Notes under the pieces: generated by a model
The model's input: the letters and a program-made list of their open reading frames with translations, nothing else
What the model was told of the DNA's origin: nothing
Database searches by the model: none
Made by a program: the position numbers and the translations under genes
In this document: positions 13,604-27,229 of the stretch, in pieces
Layout of the letters: each line of letters opens with the position of its first letter
How positions within the stretch are numbered: the stretch's first letter is position 1
Source of the DNA: Aplysia californica
Taxonomy: Eukaryota
NCBI RefSeq assembly: GCF_000002075.1
Contig: NW_004797471.1
Location: 67,103-130,974, forward strand
DNA: 63,872 nucleotides
Direction: 5' to 3'

Positions 13604-13939
13604 GGCCAAAGTCAAATTATAAGGCAAAGGCTTATAAATTGCTGCTTGCGTTTCTTTTTGCCTGACTTGGAGTATCTATCCCAGGGCCTGGACTTATTCA
13701 ATTTTTAACGATAGTCAGTGAATCAGTGACTAAAATAGTAGGCCTGCACATCTTTTTTTTGTGTTGTAACATGATTCATGATATAGATGTTAGATCTTAG
13801 ATCTATATCTAGATCTAGAATCTAGATATAGTCTAGAATCTGGATCTAGATATAGATCTAGATGAAAGTCTTTTTCTACATTTAGAATCTAGTGATCCAT
13901 GCGACTAAACCTAGATATCTAGAACGACGTAAGCTATTT

Positions 13940-14600
13940 TTAGGTAAGGCTGCCATCTTGTGTGAACTCAGACCGATACCCCTCCGCTCATGCGACTACT
14001 TTTATGTAACCAACTGCATGTCACCGAAAATCCTTTGGTGGCACAGTGCTTTGGTGCAATGTCTTTCTAGGAATACCAGTTATGTGATATTATGTTGCAG
14101 TGCTCCGATGATGCTGCTGCCTTCTTGTTCTGTGCTTTTTTTATTGGGCCCGATGGAGGGGGGGGGGGGGGAGGGTTCTTCCGTATCTTTACAGCAATTT
14201 TCACGCGTTTATATTGTCTTTACGTCTTTACGTTTACCGTGTTTCAATTTCAAGCATCACCACCGGAATTCCGAAAATATGCTATTAACATACCAGAAAC
14301 CTTGAAACCTATCCGTAGAGCATTGCTGACAATCTACCGTTAGCCGCAAGTTTGAAATTTTACCTTTTACCGTGCGAAACACATCGATACGGATATATAC
14401 GTCGTCAAGCCACTGACTCAACATGTTGTTCCACGCGATATAATCCCCAAAGATTTTCTACACGATCTTTAATATCTCCATGGCCTTCTAAAAATAGTCT
14501 GTGGGTATCTCAGGATGTGATGACATCACATTACTAAAATTAGCTGCCAATCAGGCAGGTGCGTCGTTCTACGTTTAGCCGCATGTGCGATCTACTGCTA
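13940..14600. promoter_or_regulatory. CpG-enriched promoter-like region
   Basis: Locally high CpG, a GCCATCTTG YY1-like motif (~13952), TGACATCA (14521) and CCAAT (~14547), flanked by TCTAGA-rich patches. Which gene it serves cannot be determined. Confidence 0.35.
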
Positions 14601-15349
14601 GATTCTAGATCTATAACATCTAGATCTAGACCTTGTGAACCTTTGCGTTAGAGTTCTTGTTTTAAGACTAACAAGGCACTACTGTACACTTAGAATAAAT
14701 AACCTTCCAGGGTTCCAGCCCCATGTATGTTATATTGTAATTATTTTCAACAGCGTTTGTACTTCCCACGGTCCCAAGGGTACAAAACTTTTGTGCATTT
14801 TTCGCAGTTAGCAACCCTATAAAATATTTGTTTCTAGTGAATTTAACTTTAAACATTGATGTTATTATCTAAACCTCGTAGGCCTACAAAGATACGACAT
14901 CATTTAAAAAAATTTTCATCAGGTCTCTTAACTGAAATACTGCATATTGGCTGGGACTGGGGTTAGGGTGTGTGCACGAAAATGGCTGGGGCTGGAAGGG
15001 TTAAAAGTGAGTAGACCCTACTAGCATCTGTGGTGTAGCAGTGAGGCACTTCACCTTCACTCTCACACGTAGTGAGAAGGTCTGTGAGTTTGATTTCCAT
15101 GTTTGGAGAATTTTCATCATGCATGTTGTCAGTCTTACAGCAAGATCTTGTATATATATATTCTTCTCAGGCTGGGTTGGCCGTGATGGCAGGGTCAAAA
15201 CCCACCTCCTAATTTTTAAAAAGCCTAATTTTAAAAATCATCTGATTTGTGTCAATGAATGCGTAAAAACGCATCAACATTTTAACGAAAGATCTTAAAA
15301 AATTGAAAGAAGTGAAGATAGGATAGCGAACTAAAACTTTACTTTAACC

Positions 15350-15470
15350 TGTCTTTGACGGAGTTCCGCTTCCGGCCGACCAACAGAACACAAAAGATTG
15401 GATTGAGCAGGTACACCGTAACCCTAACCCTTGTATATTAGCTCAGTGGACCATGTCGCGGTACGTGCCG
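15350..15470 (+). promoter_or_regulatory. Probable HDHD3 promoter / first exon
   Basis: CpG-rich patch with an ETS-type CTTCCGG motif (~15369) and candidate donors at 15411 and 15461. The HDHD3 ATG exon begins at an acceptor ending 16799, so an upstream exon is required. Confidence 0.4.
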
Positions 15471-16808
15471 CCCCTCTGCGGAACTCCTCCCAAAATCTTA
15501 AATTGATAAATTAGATGTGCTCTATTCTATTATAATAATGGCAGTTCATATAAGCCTATATACTTAAATTCCTTGTCCCAGATCTTTGCCCTTTTCTATT
15601 TCAGTTTTTTATAATATTTTTCAGAACACCCAGACAGTACAAATTGGATTGAGTTAGGGCAAACCAGATTTTCTTTCACGGAGGGACGAAAGCTACCATT
15701 CTGGTGCCAATAAAATTGAATTGAATCCCTACCTTGAAAAACAAATGCGTTCAATTTTTAAAGTCACATTCGAGTTTAGCCCAATTGTGCCAGAATGACA
15801 GCTTTCGCCTCACCTGTGAGGGGAAATCCGGCTGACCCACACTCGATTCAGATGAAATGATCAGCAGTGTGCACTCTGTATTAGTTTCAGGTCCATTATA
15901 TAGGCCCTCTATATTGTCATATTGAATTTCATACCAACTTAATGACAATGGAATTAGGCTCGGCCGCTCACTCAGGTGTCTATTCCCATCTCTTTAGGCA
16001 TAGAGATCAGCAGAAATGGATTTTCGCCTGCACTAACCTCAACAGATTCTGCAGTCTTTGGAAATTTCAATTTAAACTGATAAAGGATTTTTCTCACAGG
16101 TAAAAATGAAGTGAAAAGACTACAGAGTAAGAAGAAAATCTTCTTCAGCTTAGTGTTTTGGTGTAACTACTGGAAATGAGTCAACAGATACCATTGCATC
16201 ATGTGGTAGTACAAGAGTACACTTCAGGGCTTGGTAGTGTTTACACTGAATAATTGAAATATAACTTATTCTGTAATAATTTAAAAAGGTTAAAATATTG
16301 TTCAGTGTTATCCATTCAAAGCTCTAAACTACTCTTGTTTTATGTGATTAAAAGTAAAATAAAGGCTCTGTACTTATTGTTTTGACTATGGTTTTTGTAA
16401 ATTATATATCCTGACACAAATTAATTTTTGCTTGATATATATTGAGATCAGGGCACAGCAGCTGTTGCTTGAAGTGAATATTTGTTTGTACACTGCTACT
16501 CTTATAATATGATGGATTGTGGAAATGAATAACTAGCTATAAGAAATATCACAATAGGCCACAACAATCATGTAAAATGTTGTGAGGGTTGCAGGGATTG
16601 TTAGCAGAGAACTCTTATGTTGTCTGTTGAAGTTTTGTAAATGTTGCAACTAAACAAATCTACTTTTCAAGCTTACAGATGACTTTATACTTAAAAGTGA
16701 GAATAGTAATTGTAAAAAGTGAACTCAAAACTTGACGCTGTTTTTGCAGTTACTGTGTAGGCTATGTTCTTAAATCTTTATTTTTTTTGTTCATGGCAGG
16801 TTGTCGAA

Positions 16809-19800
16809 ATGGCTCGTCAGTTGCTCAAGCTGGTGACTGTGGATGTGACAAACACCTTGATCAGAGTGGCAGGGTCTCCTGGCCGGCAGTATGCCTATGT
16901 GGCGAGGAAATATGGGGTTGATATTGATGAAACTCTTTTAACAGGTAAGATTTATTCATGCACACCTTTTTTTCTGGGGGAGGGAGGGGGGGTGGGGTGG
17001 GGAGAGAAGAAGAAGGAAGGAATGGAGGGGATGAAAAGGAACTCATCAGACTTTCTGAATTGCCATAGAACTGTGATATTTATGAATATCAGAGGTCTAT
17101 TTTAGCCAGACATTATACAGTTTTTAGTCACTTGTAAGTGAATTGTAAGGGTTGGTGTGGAGAATTTCTTTTTTTTCTTTTTCAGTTGTTTGTCACAACG
17201 AGCTGTCTTTGATGCAGTGCTAAAGGATTTACATTTTGTCTTCGTGATTTTCTGTTTCTTAAATTTATGATAGCACACTGCCTGCCATAGCAATTTGAAA
17301 TCATTTTTGCCTCTCTTTAAAATCTCAAACCCAATGTTGACAATGAATCTTCACCTTTTGTGTTGTGTAACACTACTCACAATGACTAAATGAGACAAAC
17401 TACAGAAAAGAATTATGCTGCCCATGTTAAAGAGTATGATACAGAATTGGCTACTACCTCTCTATATGTTACAACAGGTGACACATTTTTTAAACCTTAG
17501 ATTCCCCTTATTCATGTCAGTTTGTAATACACACCATAACTTTTATCTTCTTTAATTTGAAAAATGTTATAATATCCTGCAAGGTTTGCCTCAAACTCTC
17601 GATCAGAAGCCATTCTCAGTATGGTTTGACCCCCCTGATTTTTAGATAGCACCTTGAAAGAGGCAGGGGGTCAAATGATCGCCAAATATCAGTATTATAG
17701 TACCAGTTTGAATATATGGTTATTATCCAAATTAAGCCTTATGAAATAACATATATACTCAGCTTAATTATATTTTGTCCCTTTTTGCCATTATGACGAG
17801 ACATTTGTTACTCTCTGTTTTGTCAAGGCATCTCTCCCTATAGAGTTCAATTTGATTTCCCTTCACCACATGTAATTTTACCCTTGATTTTCCAACATTT
17901 TTTGGTGAGAAATTTCAAAACTACTTTCTTCTTCTTTTAAAACATCATTCATTTAGGCAATAAACTTCACAGAGAATTCATACTTCAATAGCACTTTAAA
18001 AAATCCTACTTCTTAAGGTTTTAGACTTCTAGAATTATGTTTTAATTTAATTTTCCCAATCCTGCACCCTACAAACATTGGATGGTCTACCCAGAAAAAA
18101 GTATGAAAAAAGCAAGATTTCCTGCTAGTTTTCTCCACATTTTTGTCAAATAATTTGGATTTGTTTTATTGCAAGGCATGATTTTGTTTGCGTGTTACCA
18201 GTATATAACTACCATACTAATAAGTTGTTGAAATTCCCATACTATGCTACATTTTCCAGGAATCTTCCTCAAAGAATATAAAAGCTACACCAAGAAATAC
18301 CCCAATTTTGGTGTGATGGACGGCATGCCGGCCAACATCTGGTGGTCACTACTGGTCAAGGACTGCTTCCGCTTTGTTGACTCGAAGATCCCAGAGGAGA
18401 TGCTGGACAAGATCTCCTTTGACCTGTACTTTCACTTCACCAAACCCATGGCCTGGGATCTTTTACCTGGAGCTGTCGCCGCTTTGGAGGTAACAGACCG
18501 CCCTGATAAGTGCTGGGGATTTGAATAATGCAGTCTCACCCTTTCAGGTTTTTTCATTATTCTCTTACTTGTGGGTTAGATGGTGTGGTGGCGGAGCAGT
18601 TAGTGCGCTCATCCCCGAAGCGCGGGTTCGAGCCTCGGCTCGGACATGGATTTTTTTCGCCCCCCACCCCTGCTTACCCAGCAGTAATGAATAGGTACCT
18701 GACTTCGAGTTGGGAAAGTAAAGGCGGTGTGGAAAGGAACTGGCCATCCTACCACAATATGCCTAAGGCCCAGGAAATTGTCTCACTGACAAGGCAATCC
18801 CCAATGTCTGGATTGAATACGGGAACAGCTGTACTGTACTTGTGTGTTGCCTTTCATGTGCTACAGCATGTGAGATTAAAGCAATCTGTTGTCTTTTCAA
18901 CCCACAGTTCAACTTAATATGCATTTGTGGCAAACATATCGATCGGTCAGTGTAAGATTCCAATACATTACTTTTCAAAATCTCTTTTTCCCAAGTTGCG
19001 TAGGGATTGATTGCATATCACCTCTGAAGTCTTGCTGCCTTGACCCTATCCCGACATCTTTATTAGTCGACCATCTTGACGTTGTTATTGATGTTGTAAC
19101 AGCTATTATTAGTGATTCACTTCTTTCAGAAACAGTGCCTTCGTGTTTTAAGCAGGCAGTCGTAACACCTCTATTAAAGAAACAGTCGTTATCCCCGCTT
19201 GAGTTTAAGAACTATAGTGGAGCAGTTTAGAATAGATACACTGCATGCTTGCATCAGATGTGACCCTTTCAATGGTGGAATAGTATACGTAAACTTGAAC
19301 ATCTATGCCGAGATGTAAATTAGTGTTATTTATTTGAGTACAGTAAAACGCTGATAACATGAACTTCATGGGACCAAAGAAATTCTCTGTAAAAGGAAGT
19401 TGCCAGTGCACAGAATAAATTCAAAAGAACCCCCGCCCCGTGCGATTTTGAAATTCCTTTCGGGGTAACAGGAATTTCTTGTTTAAGCAAAGTCTACTGT
19501 GTGGGTGGTTGACGGGTGCTCTGGTGTGGTTTGCTTCTTCTTTCCTATCAAACATCTATCGTCCTTATCTCCCCTTCTTCTTTTTTATGTTTGTTACTCT
19601 CTTGTAACACCTCTAATCTTCTGGCGCTCATATGACCTTATGCTGTTGCGAGCGCCGTAAAACCTCTACTAAAACTAAACTAAAGTCTTCTTTCTTCCTC
19701 TCTTCTTCCCTCTTTCTTATGGGTCCCAGTGTTCTCCCTTTCAAATAACTTATTTGTATCCAGGCGAGCAGGTGATGTTGATTCCTTTGCTTACTAATGT

Positions 19801-20300
19801 TTTATTGTATGCTGAAGATACCTCATGGTGAACAGAATTCACTGCTCTACTTTCAGTGAAATTTATTTGAGGATGGAAAATATTTGAGATAGATATATGC
19901 ATATATAATATATATCTTGTACAATATTATTGCTTGAAAGAGCCTTGTTTATTCTTCTCGTCCAGGACTTAAGTCAGTATCCAGTCAAACTTGGAGTGAT
20001 TTCTAACTGGGACCACCGTCTGTATAAAGTGTTGATGGTGTTGAAGTTACGGCAGTTTTTCGACTTTATTCTCCCATCTTACATCATTGGATATGAGAAA
20101 CCAAACAGTATTATTTTCCATCAGGCTTTGGAGGTAAGTGTTTATTGAAGGAACAATGATGGGTGGGCTCTCCTCACTGGTTGTGTATGTGTGTGTGAGG
20201 GAGAGAAGGGCGTAAAAGAATAAAAAGACCGAGAGACCAGAGAGAGATGGAGAGAGGGGAGGGGGTAGGGGTAGAGATGGAGGGAGAGAGAGAGAGAGAA

Positions 20301-20336
<36 letters not shown>

Positions 20337-21849
20337 CAACTACCTATTGTATTATGTGAGGCGTGCTGACAAAATGAGTTACTTCTCGCAGGCCACAAAT
20401 GGAGATTTTGGTCAAAAATCGACACTAGGGTCAAATTTGTAGAGTTTGTATGGATACCGTATTCTTTAACTATAACATGTCTTTATTATTTCATACTTAT
20501 AAATTGAAAAAGCTTCACCTAAGCATGATGTAGCGATTTCTATATATAGGGCTCAAATCTGAGAAGTAACTCATTTTGTCAGCATGCTTCAAATATTTTA
20601 GGGATGATTATAACTGAGCTGTGAGCTGTTTTGAAGGATATGCAGGTTGTTGGCTGACACCATGTCTATTCTTTTTTTTTTCCCCACACTTCTGTTATCC
20701 TCACCTTTTCCTTTACGAAATGTTGTCACAGCGTACTCGCTTGTAATAGACTTGAACTCTACCACAAGCTTTTTGCGAGTAGTAAAGGGGCGCCACTGGT
20801 AAGCTCTTCTTTTTTTTCCCTCTGTTGTTATTGTCTGTATGTTTGAACTTTCTCTTACTCTTAATAACCATTATTATCTTGATGTGCTTCTTTTTACCCA
20901 TACAAAAAACCCCAACAAAAACAAACAAACAATCACACAAGCAAACAAACATAGAGCATCGTTTAGGCTATGACCAATAACTGTCAGTCTTATTGACTCA
21001 ATTATGTTCACAGGAATCTGAACAAAGCAGGATGTTCGATAGAAACGATAAAGACTGAAAAGAAGTCAATCCAATGTGCAGCATCTTCCTTGTTCTTTAG
21101 GAGCTTCTCTTGGGGGTTAACTCTTTTTATTTTAGGTAAATGTTTTTATGAGGTTTTATATGAAAAACTACAGTTAGTCACCCATCTGTCTAGGATGTTT
21201 CTGGAAAGAGAAGAATTTGGTTCGTAAACATTGTCATCCACATTGGATCCGCATAGTGCTGACTCATGGCTGCAAAATCAGTACTTACAACTGACCAGAA
21301 TCTGTGATATTAGATAGTAGTAGTAGGCTCTTTGAAGTTTCATACAAAAGATGTTTGGGGAATTTTTGTTTAAATCAAATATCTCCATCTGTCTTCTGGA
21401 ATGTTGTATCCCTTTCTTCCCGAAATGGCCCTAACAGACAGGTTGGAAGAAATCAGTGTCTTAAATGATCTAAACTTTATTGATCGGATATTTAGTTTAG
21501 TAGAGTCAAGAGTTTTACAGTGCATGCAGCTGCATAAGGTCATCTGAGCTCACTATCAATGGATGGGGTGTTTAGTAAGTGCGTAAGACATTTACAGTTA
21601 TATATTATTATTTGCAACTTATTTCCCTTTCAGGATGGAAGATGTGAACCCCATGAAGCAGTACACTTTGGGGACAACATCGAGAAAGATTTCATTGGTG
21701 CTAAAAATGTAGGCATGAACGCTTATCTGCTGGCCTCTGAAGGAGTGAAGAACGACTTCCTTGACCAGTCCCTGGTGGTGAAGACTGTGCAGGAGTTTGT
21801 CGACAAGATACGACCACAGCTGGGGGAGAGGAAGGCAGACCCTGTTTGA
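16809..21849 (+). CDS. HDHD3: Haloacid dehalogenase-like hydrolase domain-containing protein 3 (HDHD3 / Drosophila Reg-2-like), 249 aa, 4 coding exons
   Basis: Exons 16809-16944, 18260-18489, 19966-20133 and 21634-21849 have GT-AG junctions with consistent phases (1,0,0) and total 750 nt including TGA. HAD motifs: I LVTVDVTNTL, II LGVISNWD, III GYEKP..IF, IV HFGDNIEKD..GA...GM. The cap segment YPNFG...WW is typical of the HDHD3/Reg-2 family. Confidence 0.92.
18580..18840 (+). mobile_element. tRNA-derived SINE (family S1) in an HDHD3 intron
   Basis: A box TGGCGGAGCAGTTAG, B box GGTTCGAGCC, body ACCCAGCAGTAATGAATAGGTACC and (CTGTA)n tail. Second copy at 11681-11799. Confidence 0.8.
19020..19217 (+). 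mobile_element. L2/CR1-group LINE ORF2 fragment
   Basis: Translates to KSCCLDPIPTSLL...IISDSL....VPSCFKQAVVTPLLKKQSL..LEFKNY, the typical pre-RT segment of L2/CR1 elements. Confidence 0.8.
19500..19684 (+). mobile_element. Retroposon 3' end (family T); copies at 3835-4010 (-), 47857-47965 (+) and ~26170-26350 (-)
   Basis: Near-identical ~180-bp sequence ending GGCGCTCATATGACCTTATGC.GTTGCGAGCGCCGTAAAACCTCTACTAAA(CTAAA)n. Confidence 0.8.
20353..20595. mobile_element. ~240-bp MITE with TATGTGAGGC-type termini and a different interior from family A
   Basis: ~35-bp TIR TATGTGAGGCGTGCTGACAAAATGAGTTACTTCTC / GAGAAGTAACTCATTTTGTCAGCATGCTTCAAATA. Confidence 0.75.
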
Positions 21850-22079
21850 TATGATTTTGTTGAAGATTGAGAAGTGGGGACAGTTTTCTTTGATTGTGCA
21901 CATCTGTTTTTGTGCTTTGACATAAGTGAATATGTGTCATGAAGCCGTGGAATTGGAACTTGTCAATTTTTGGGCATAAGGAGTTTATGGTATAATCTTA
22001 AAGCTTGTTCATTTGCCATAATTTTAATTTTAAGAATACTCAGCTATCTTGAATATAAATAAAATTGTATTTGCAATTG

Positions 22080-22377
22080 CAGAAAGTGGGGGTAGCCCGG
22101 TTTCAGAGGTAAAAATAGCGAGAAAATGGTGGCCACAGCTTGACGACTTCCATAGCTTGAGAGTCTTTGGTAATTGAAACTAAAAATGTTTGCGTTTTTA
22201 ACTTTAATGAATGTTTTAGAATAAAATTCTCACAGAAATGTGTTTTTAAATAGAGATGGAAGGTGTTGAGCCAAAAAAACAAAAATTTGATAAATATTCC
22301 CAAACCTGAGGAAAAATGCAGTTTTCTTCGATTTCTTTATTTTGACGAGTTCCTAATTTCACCATGAGGCTTCATAT
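22080..22377 (+). mobile_element. Family A TIR element, partial, downstream of the HDHD3 stop
   Basis: tttcagaggtaaaa ... aaggtgttgagccaaaaaaacaaaaatttgataaa ... ttttgacgag...atttcacca. Confidence 0.72.
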
Positions 22378-25300
22378 TCCATCAGAGGGGGGTAAGTGTG
22401 TTATGAACTCAGGGGAATGGGTTATGGGGACACGGAGTCAAGTTTTACTCCCATTTGCTGACACTTGCTTGGTTATGTCATTGCACAAGACAGAAATAGT
22501 CAGGCCGATCAATCAAAGTCTATGCTGCTATACTTTTCAGGCTGATTTTGCTATTTAGATACAAGATATATACAGTACCACTAATACAGAAGATAACTCA
22601 AGGCTGTGATATGATATTAACACAATGTTTTGTAGTTTAATATGTGATAGTTTGATTAGCATGACTGTTGTGAAATAAATGTAGATTTGAGTAGATTTTC
22701 ATGACTTGTTACAATGCAAACATTGTAATGTGAGTGGTTTTTGCTTAGAGCTCAGTACTTTGATTTACTCTGTTTCGTTATCTCTAAATTAACTCGGTAT
22801 GTTTGTTGACAGAAGCTAGTGACTGTTCTTTACTCATAGAATATCTCGGTGCAACATTTTGTCCAAATTTGTTTGTTTTACTGCCAGTTACAAAATGGCG
22901 GATGATCACTCTGTTGCCAGTTTAGTTTCCTACAGGTTTGATGTCCCATTTGATACAATTAGTTTATTGAAGAGAACGTTTTGTTATTATTTGGGATGAT
23001 TTTTTTTTCATATAGTGTAATGACAATCTGGCATTATGGGCTGTCAGTCTTTAACACTGACATGACTCATCAAGGTCGAATCTTTTTTGTATGTGATAAG
23101 TGAAGAAGAACCTTTCTAAATGTTCAGCTATAAAGATCCAACTCATACTTGCCGGTGCAAAATAAGTATTATTTTGTGTTTCACATATATTTATGCTAAT
23201 AGTTCTTTTCATATAGATCTTTTTCCACTTGGGGGATTATTGTAGTACTTTTTTGCTTCACTAGCCCTCCTTATTTATGGTGTTACTGCTTAACGTGCTG
23301 TATGGAACCAGTTTAAATGTGTGATCATTAAAATGGTTTGCTATTTATGTAGCTGGTTAAAAACATACCTGTGAGTTTTTGCTTGAATGTTGCTCAAGTT
23401 TTTCTTTCTACTCTTTGAAAAATATTTTATAAGAGTAACATGCGTGAAATGATCGGTAAATTTGTGGCTTGATTTGTGATGTACTCGAAATTTTCAAAAA
23501 TAATTTCCTTTTTTTTTCTCCTTTCATTGTTGTTGATTATTTTCTGTGACCTTGTTGAAAACAGTCTCTTATGCGACTTGGAAAAAGTCTGTTGATTGGC
23601 TACGATCATCTGCGCTTCCAAGTTTCCTTTTTGGCAATGGGTTTTAAGAGGCAAGAATTGTCATAATTTGTGATGTTGATACTGCACTGTAATAGTTCGG
23701 GCTGTTTCACAGATCTGATTGGTTTAAATTTAGGGTTGACTAGATGTTCTTGTAATTCCCTGTTCCTGTTAAATTTTTTTTCTGATCAATTCACTTTATA
23801 CCTCTTATACTTATGTAGGGAGCTTCCTGATAATGTTCTGTATTTCTAGAGCAAGGGAAATAATCAGCTAAAGTATCCGACATTATGCTGATATTTTTTA
23901 AAATGTATTATGAAAAAATAAAATCATTCTTTACTAAATGAACAGGAAAAAAACTCAGCTGTGTTAAGAAAAGAACACTGGTTCTAATGAGCCTGTTTCC
24001 ACTTCAGTACAGAATGGGCAAGCTGTTTATTGCTCCCTCTTTTGTTGTTACTATCAGGTAGCACTTGTTACCCATCTATTTCATCAAATAAAAAAGTAAT
24101 GTACTTGCTCCCATGAATAATTATAGGCCCATACATCATTTTATGGTATATAGAAAAATAGACTTTCAATATCTTATTATTTGATCGGGATTGTTTCAGA
24201 GGCCGGGAAAATAATAATATATGTTCAGTCTCATGGTTTTTTTCCGATTTGTCCAAGTTTCAACTCCATTTTGTCCCCTGATTCTAAAGTGATTAATAGG
24301 GAATGTTCTCATAGATTAATTTTGTTCTAATAAAGGCCAGAAGAAATCTGGATTTCTGGCCTATCCCAACAATATGATGCCAGTGATGCTTGAAGTTGAA
24401 GATTTCTCACTTTTGCCTTGAAAACTGAAACCTGTTGATCTAGATTTAGCAAGAAAAGAAAAACTGTTTCGCCACCTTAGATTTACAAAGTTTTATCTGA
24501 CATTTCGGCCGTTTTGAGTTATGTATAGGACCATAAGGTCAGAAACCAAATGGTATATCTGCTCTATCAAAATTGTAGGATTTTTTAAAATTTGGGGTCA
24601 TTATTAAGGCATTCAAAAATTTGCATTTGAATTTGACATGCTGTGAAACTCAGAATTTCTTATGTCAAATTTCTCAAAACTAGGTAGGCCTACTGAGCAG
24701 ATAGAACTTTGTCATTCTAAGGTAATGTTTTGTTTTGGTTGTTTTTTATGTGTTTTTTTGGGGGGGGGGGGGGGGGTTCTTCTATGGGAGAGTTTTAAAA
24801 ATTGTGCTTTTATTGTTATGAATCTTGAATCATGAATTATTGTTATCTTTGGTTTTTTATCTCAGAAATTAGTACTCAGTTCTACTTAATAATCTGTTTT
24901 CTGCAATATTGATGTACCCTTGGTGTCCTGAAAATTGGCAGCTCTGTGCTGTCTTGATGCCAAACATCAAATGATGTTTCCTGCTTTTCTTCCACTTTTT
25001 TTCCCTTCTTCTTTCCATTGATTTGATTTGACTGGGTTGATTAATTGATTGGATTTAAAAAAAAAAAATTTTTCTTGAGAGGGTGAAGTATTTATGGCGG
25101 CAAGTCCTGTTTCTTTTTATGTAAGTACAATGTACCTGTTTTATATTTTGTGAAAGATATGGAGGAACATCAGATACATACAGTGTATTGCGTTACCTGG
25201 TAATGGAAAATGTGGTAGTTATATCCCACTGTTGATTTATTGACCCACTTACTATATTGCAGCTGTGGCTTTGTTGACAATAAAACGATGCAATGTATCT

Positions 25301-25500
25301 TTATTCAAGACTTGACTCCCTCTGTGTCTGGTGTTAGTGATGTGTCGGCCAAGAGTATGCTGATAAAGCCACTGATGTTTGTTTATTCGATTTTTAAAGG
25401 AAAAGAGTTTTTAGGTTTTTTTTTAATCGAAGAAGTGAGGTTTGTAAGTTCTATGAATGAAATGTACTTTTAGTTAAACTTATTAAAAGGACTCAAAGTA

Positions 25501-25676
25501 CAATATAACACGCATAGGTTGAACACAGAATACTCGAAATCATGCATCCGTCGAACTGTGCCTATGATCCTGGGTTGTTTTTTTCTTCTTTATCTTTGTA
25601 AGATATCCCTGGAACCACGGATCACTCGAACTACCAAGGCTGGTCGCGACGAATTCAAGCTATCTGTGTTATACTG
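25501..25676. mobile_element. Small TA-flanked Tigger/pogo-like MITE
   Basis: TA-CAATATAACACGCATAG versus the inverse TA-CAGTATAACACAGATAG. Similar short pogo-like remnants at ~19341-19500 and ~49959-50040. Confidence 0.55.
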
Positions 25677-27229
25677 TATTATTTTTAGCCCTTTGATTAT
25701 GTCACCTGTGCACTTGATTTAATGTTTGATGTCATCCGTAATTAATTAAAAGGCAGTCACTTTAATATAAGTATGCCTAGGCCTACAATCGACTACGGAT
25801 GATTTCAGTTGATGTCATCAGGGGAGTGAAAAAAAGGTCAACTCGTCTAAAGTTAAACATAACTGTTGCGTACTGTAAGTAAAAAAGAACAGGTGCTAGG
25901 ACAGGAGAAAAAGGTCAACTTTAACGGAAGATCAGCTCCAACAAATTCAACACAAGCGGAGTCGACGATAATAATTATATCTAAATCAAAACCCTGATGA
26001 ATCCATTTTGCCAAGAATTTGTGGGTTCTCTTGAAGCGAATGACGTGTTATTCGCTTATATGTGTATCAATGAATGAAGTGAGGTTATTTCCATTCCATT
26101 ATGATACATAGAAGATCATGGATGGGGCCCAATAAGTTGTCAACTTTTTAGATTTAAAAAGAAAAACAGTTTTAGTAAGAGTTTTACAGGACTTGCAACC
26201 AAAAAAGTTACCTAAGTTCCGAAGATTAAATGTGTTACAAGAGGGTAACATACCCCCCCCCCCCCCAAAAAAAGGAGGAGCGTCTAGAGATAAGGACGGT
26301 ATAATAATATGTGTGATAGGAATAAGGAATTAAAGGAGCAATAACCCACACTTCTCCTTTCATACTGAATTTTAATGAGAGTAATATATATGATTTAAAT
26401 TTTTTTAGGTATACCTGCATGTGTTTTTACGGTCCTGTACAGCCAAGGAAAATTTCCATCTGGGATAATAAAGTACTATCTTATCTTATCTTACCTGAGC
26501 ACCCGCCAACAATCTGCTTTACAAATTTACAAGTCACAGCTCTAGATTTGTAGCCAGGGATGAAAGGAATGGAAAAGACCTTGCATAAATATTTATTTTT
26601 ATTTATGATTGCCTGGCTTGTCATCTGTTGTTCTGTGTCTGCCTATCTGTCTGTTGTTCTTTTCATGTATCTTTTTCTTAACTCCCTTGATCCTATCTCT
26701 CTTTCTTTCACTTGATCTCTGTCTTCTCTCTCGTTATGCCATTTTCCCTGCGCTTGCACCCTGCTAGTATNNNNNNNNNNNNNNNNNNNNNNNNNNNNNN
26801 NNNNNNNNNNNNNNNNNNNNNNNNNNNNNNNNNNNNNNNNNNNNNNNNNNNNNNNNNNNNNNNNNNNNNNNNNNNNNNNNNNNNNNNNNNNNNNNNNNNN
26901 NNNNNNNNNNNNNNNNNNNNNNNNNNNNNNNNNNNNNNNNNNNNNNGTTGTTATCGCAAATATTCCTTATCTCGTCTCCCCTGGAAAACAACCGTACCCC
27001 CGACACCATAAAAGGGTGGCCTTTTTCAGCTAAACTGAATCAAACGCAGTTGATGTAGTCTACCAAAAAAAAAAAAATGCTTTTCAGAAAAATAAATAGA
27101 TCTAGATCTAGAATCTAGATCTACATGTAGACCTAGATATCATTCTACATTAGTTGTAAACTCCTTGATGTAGACCTAGATCTCTATATCATGGCCAAGG
27201 ACTTTACTGGGGTCCCGCCACCCGAAATA

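Noticed and set aside
13885-13956. CAAGATGGCA start context on the minus strand (MAALPKNSLRRSRYLG...)
   Set aside because: The frame closes after 24 codons and there is no convincing donor. Treated only as a YY1-like motif.
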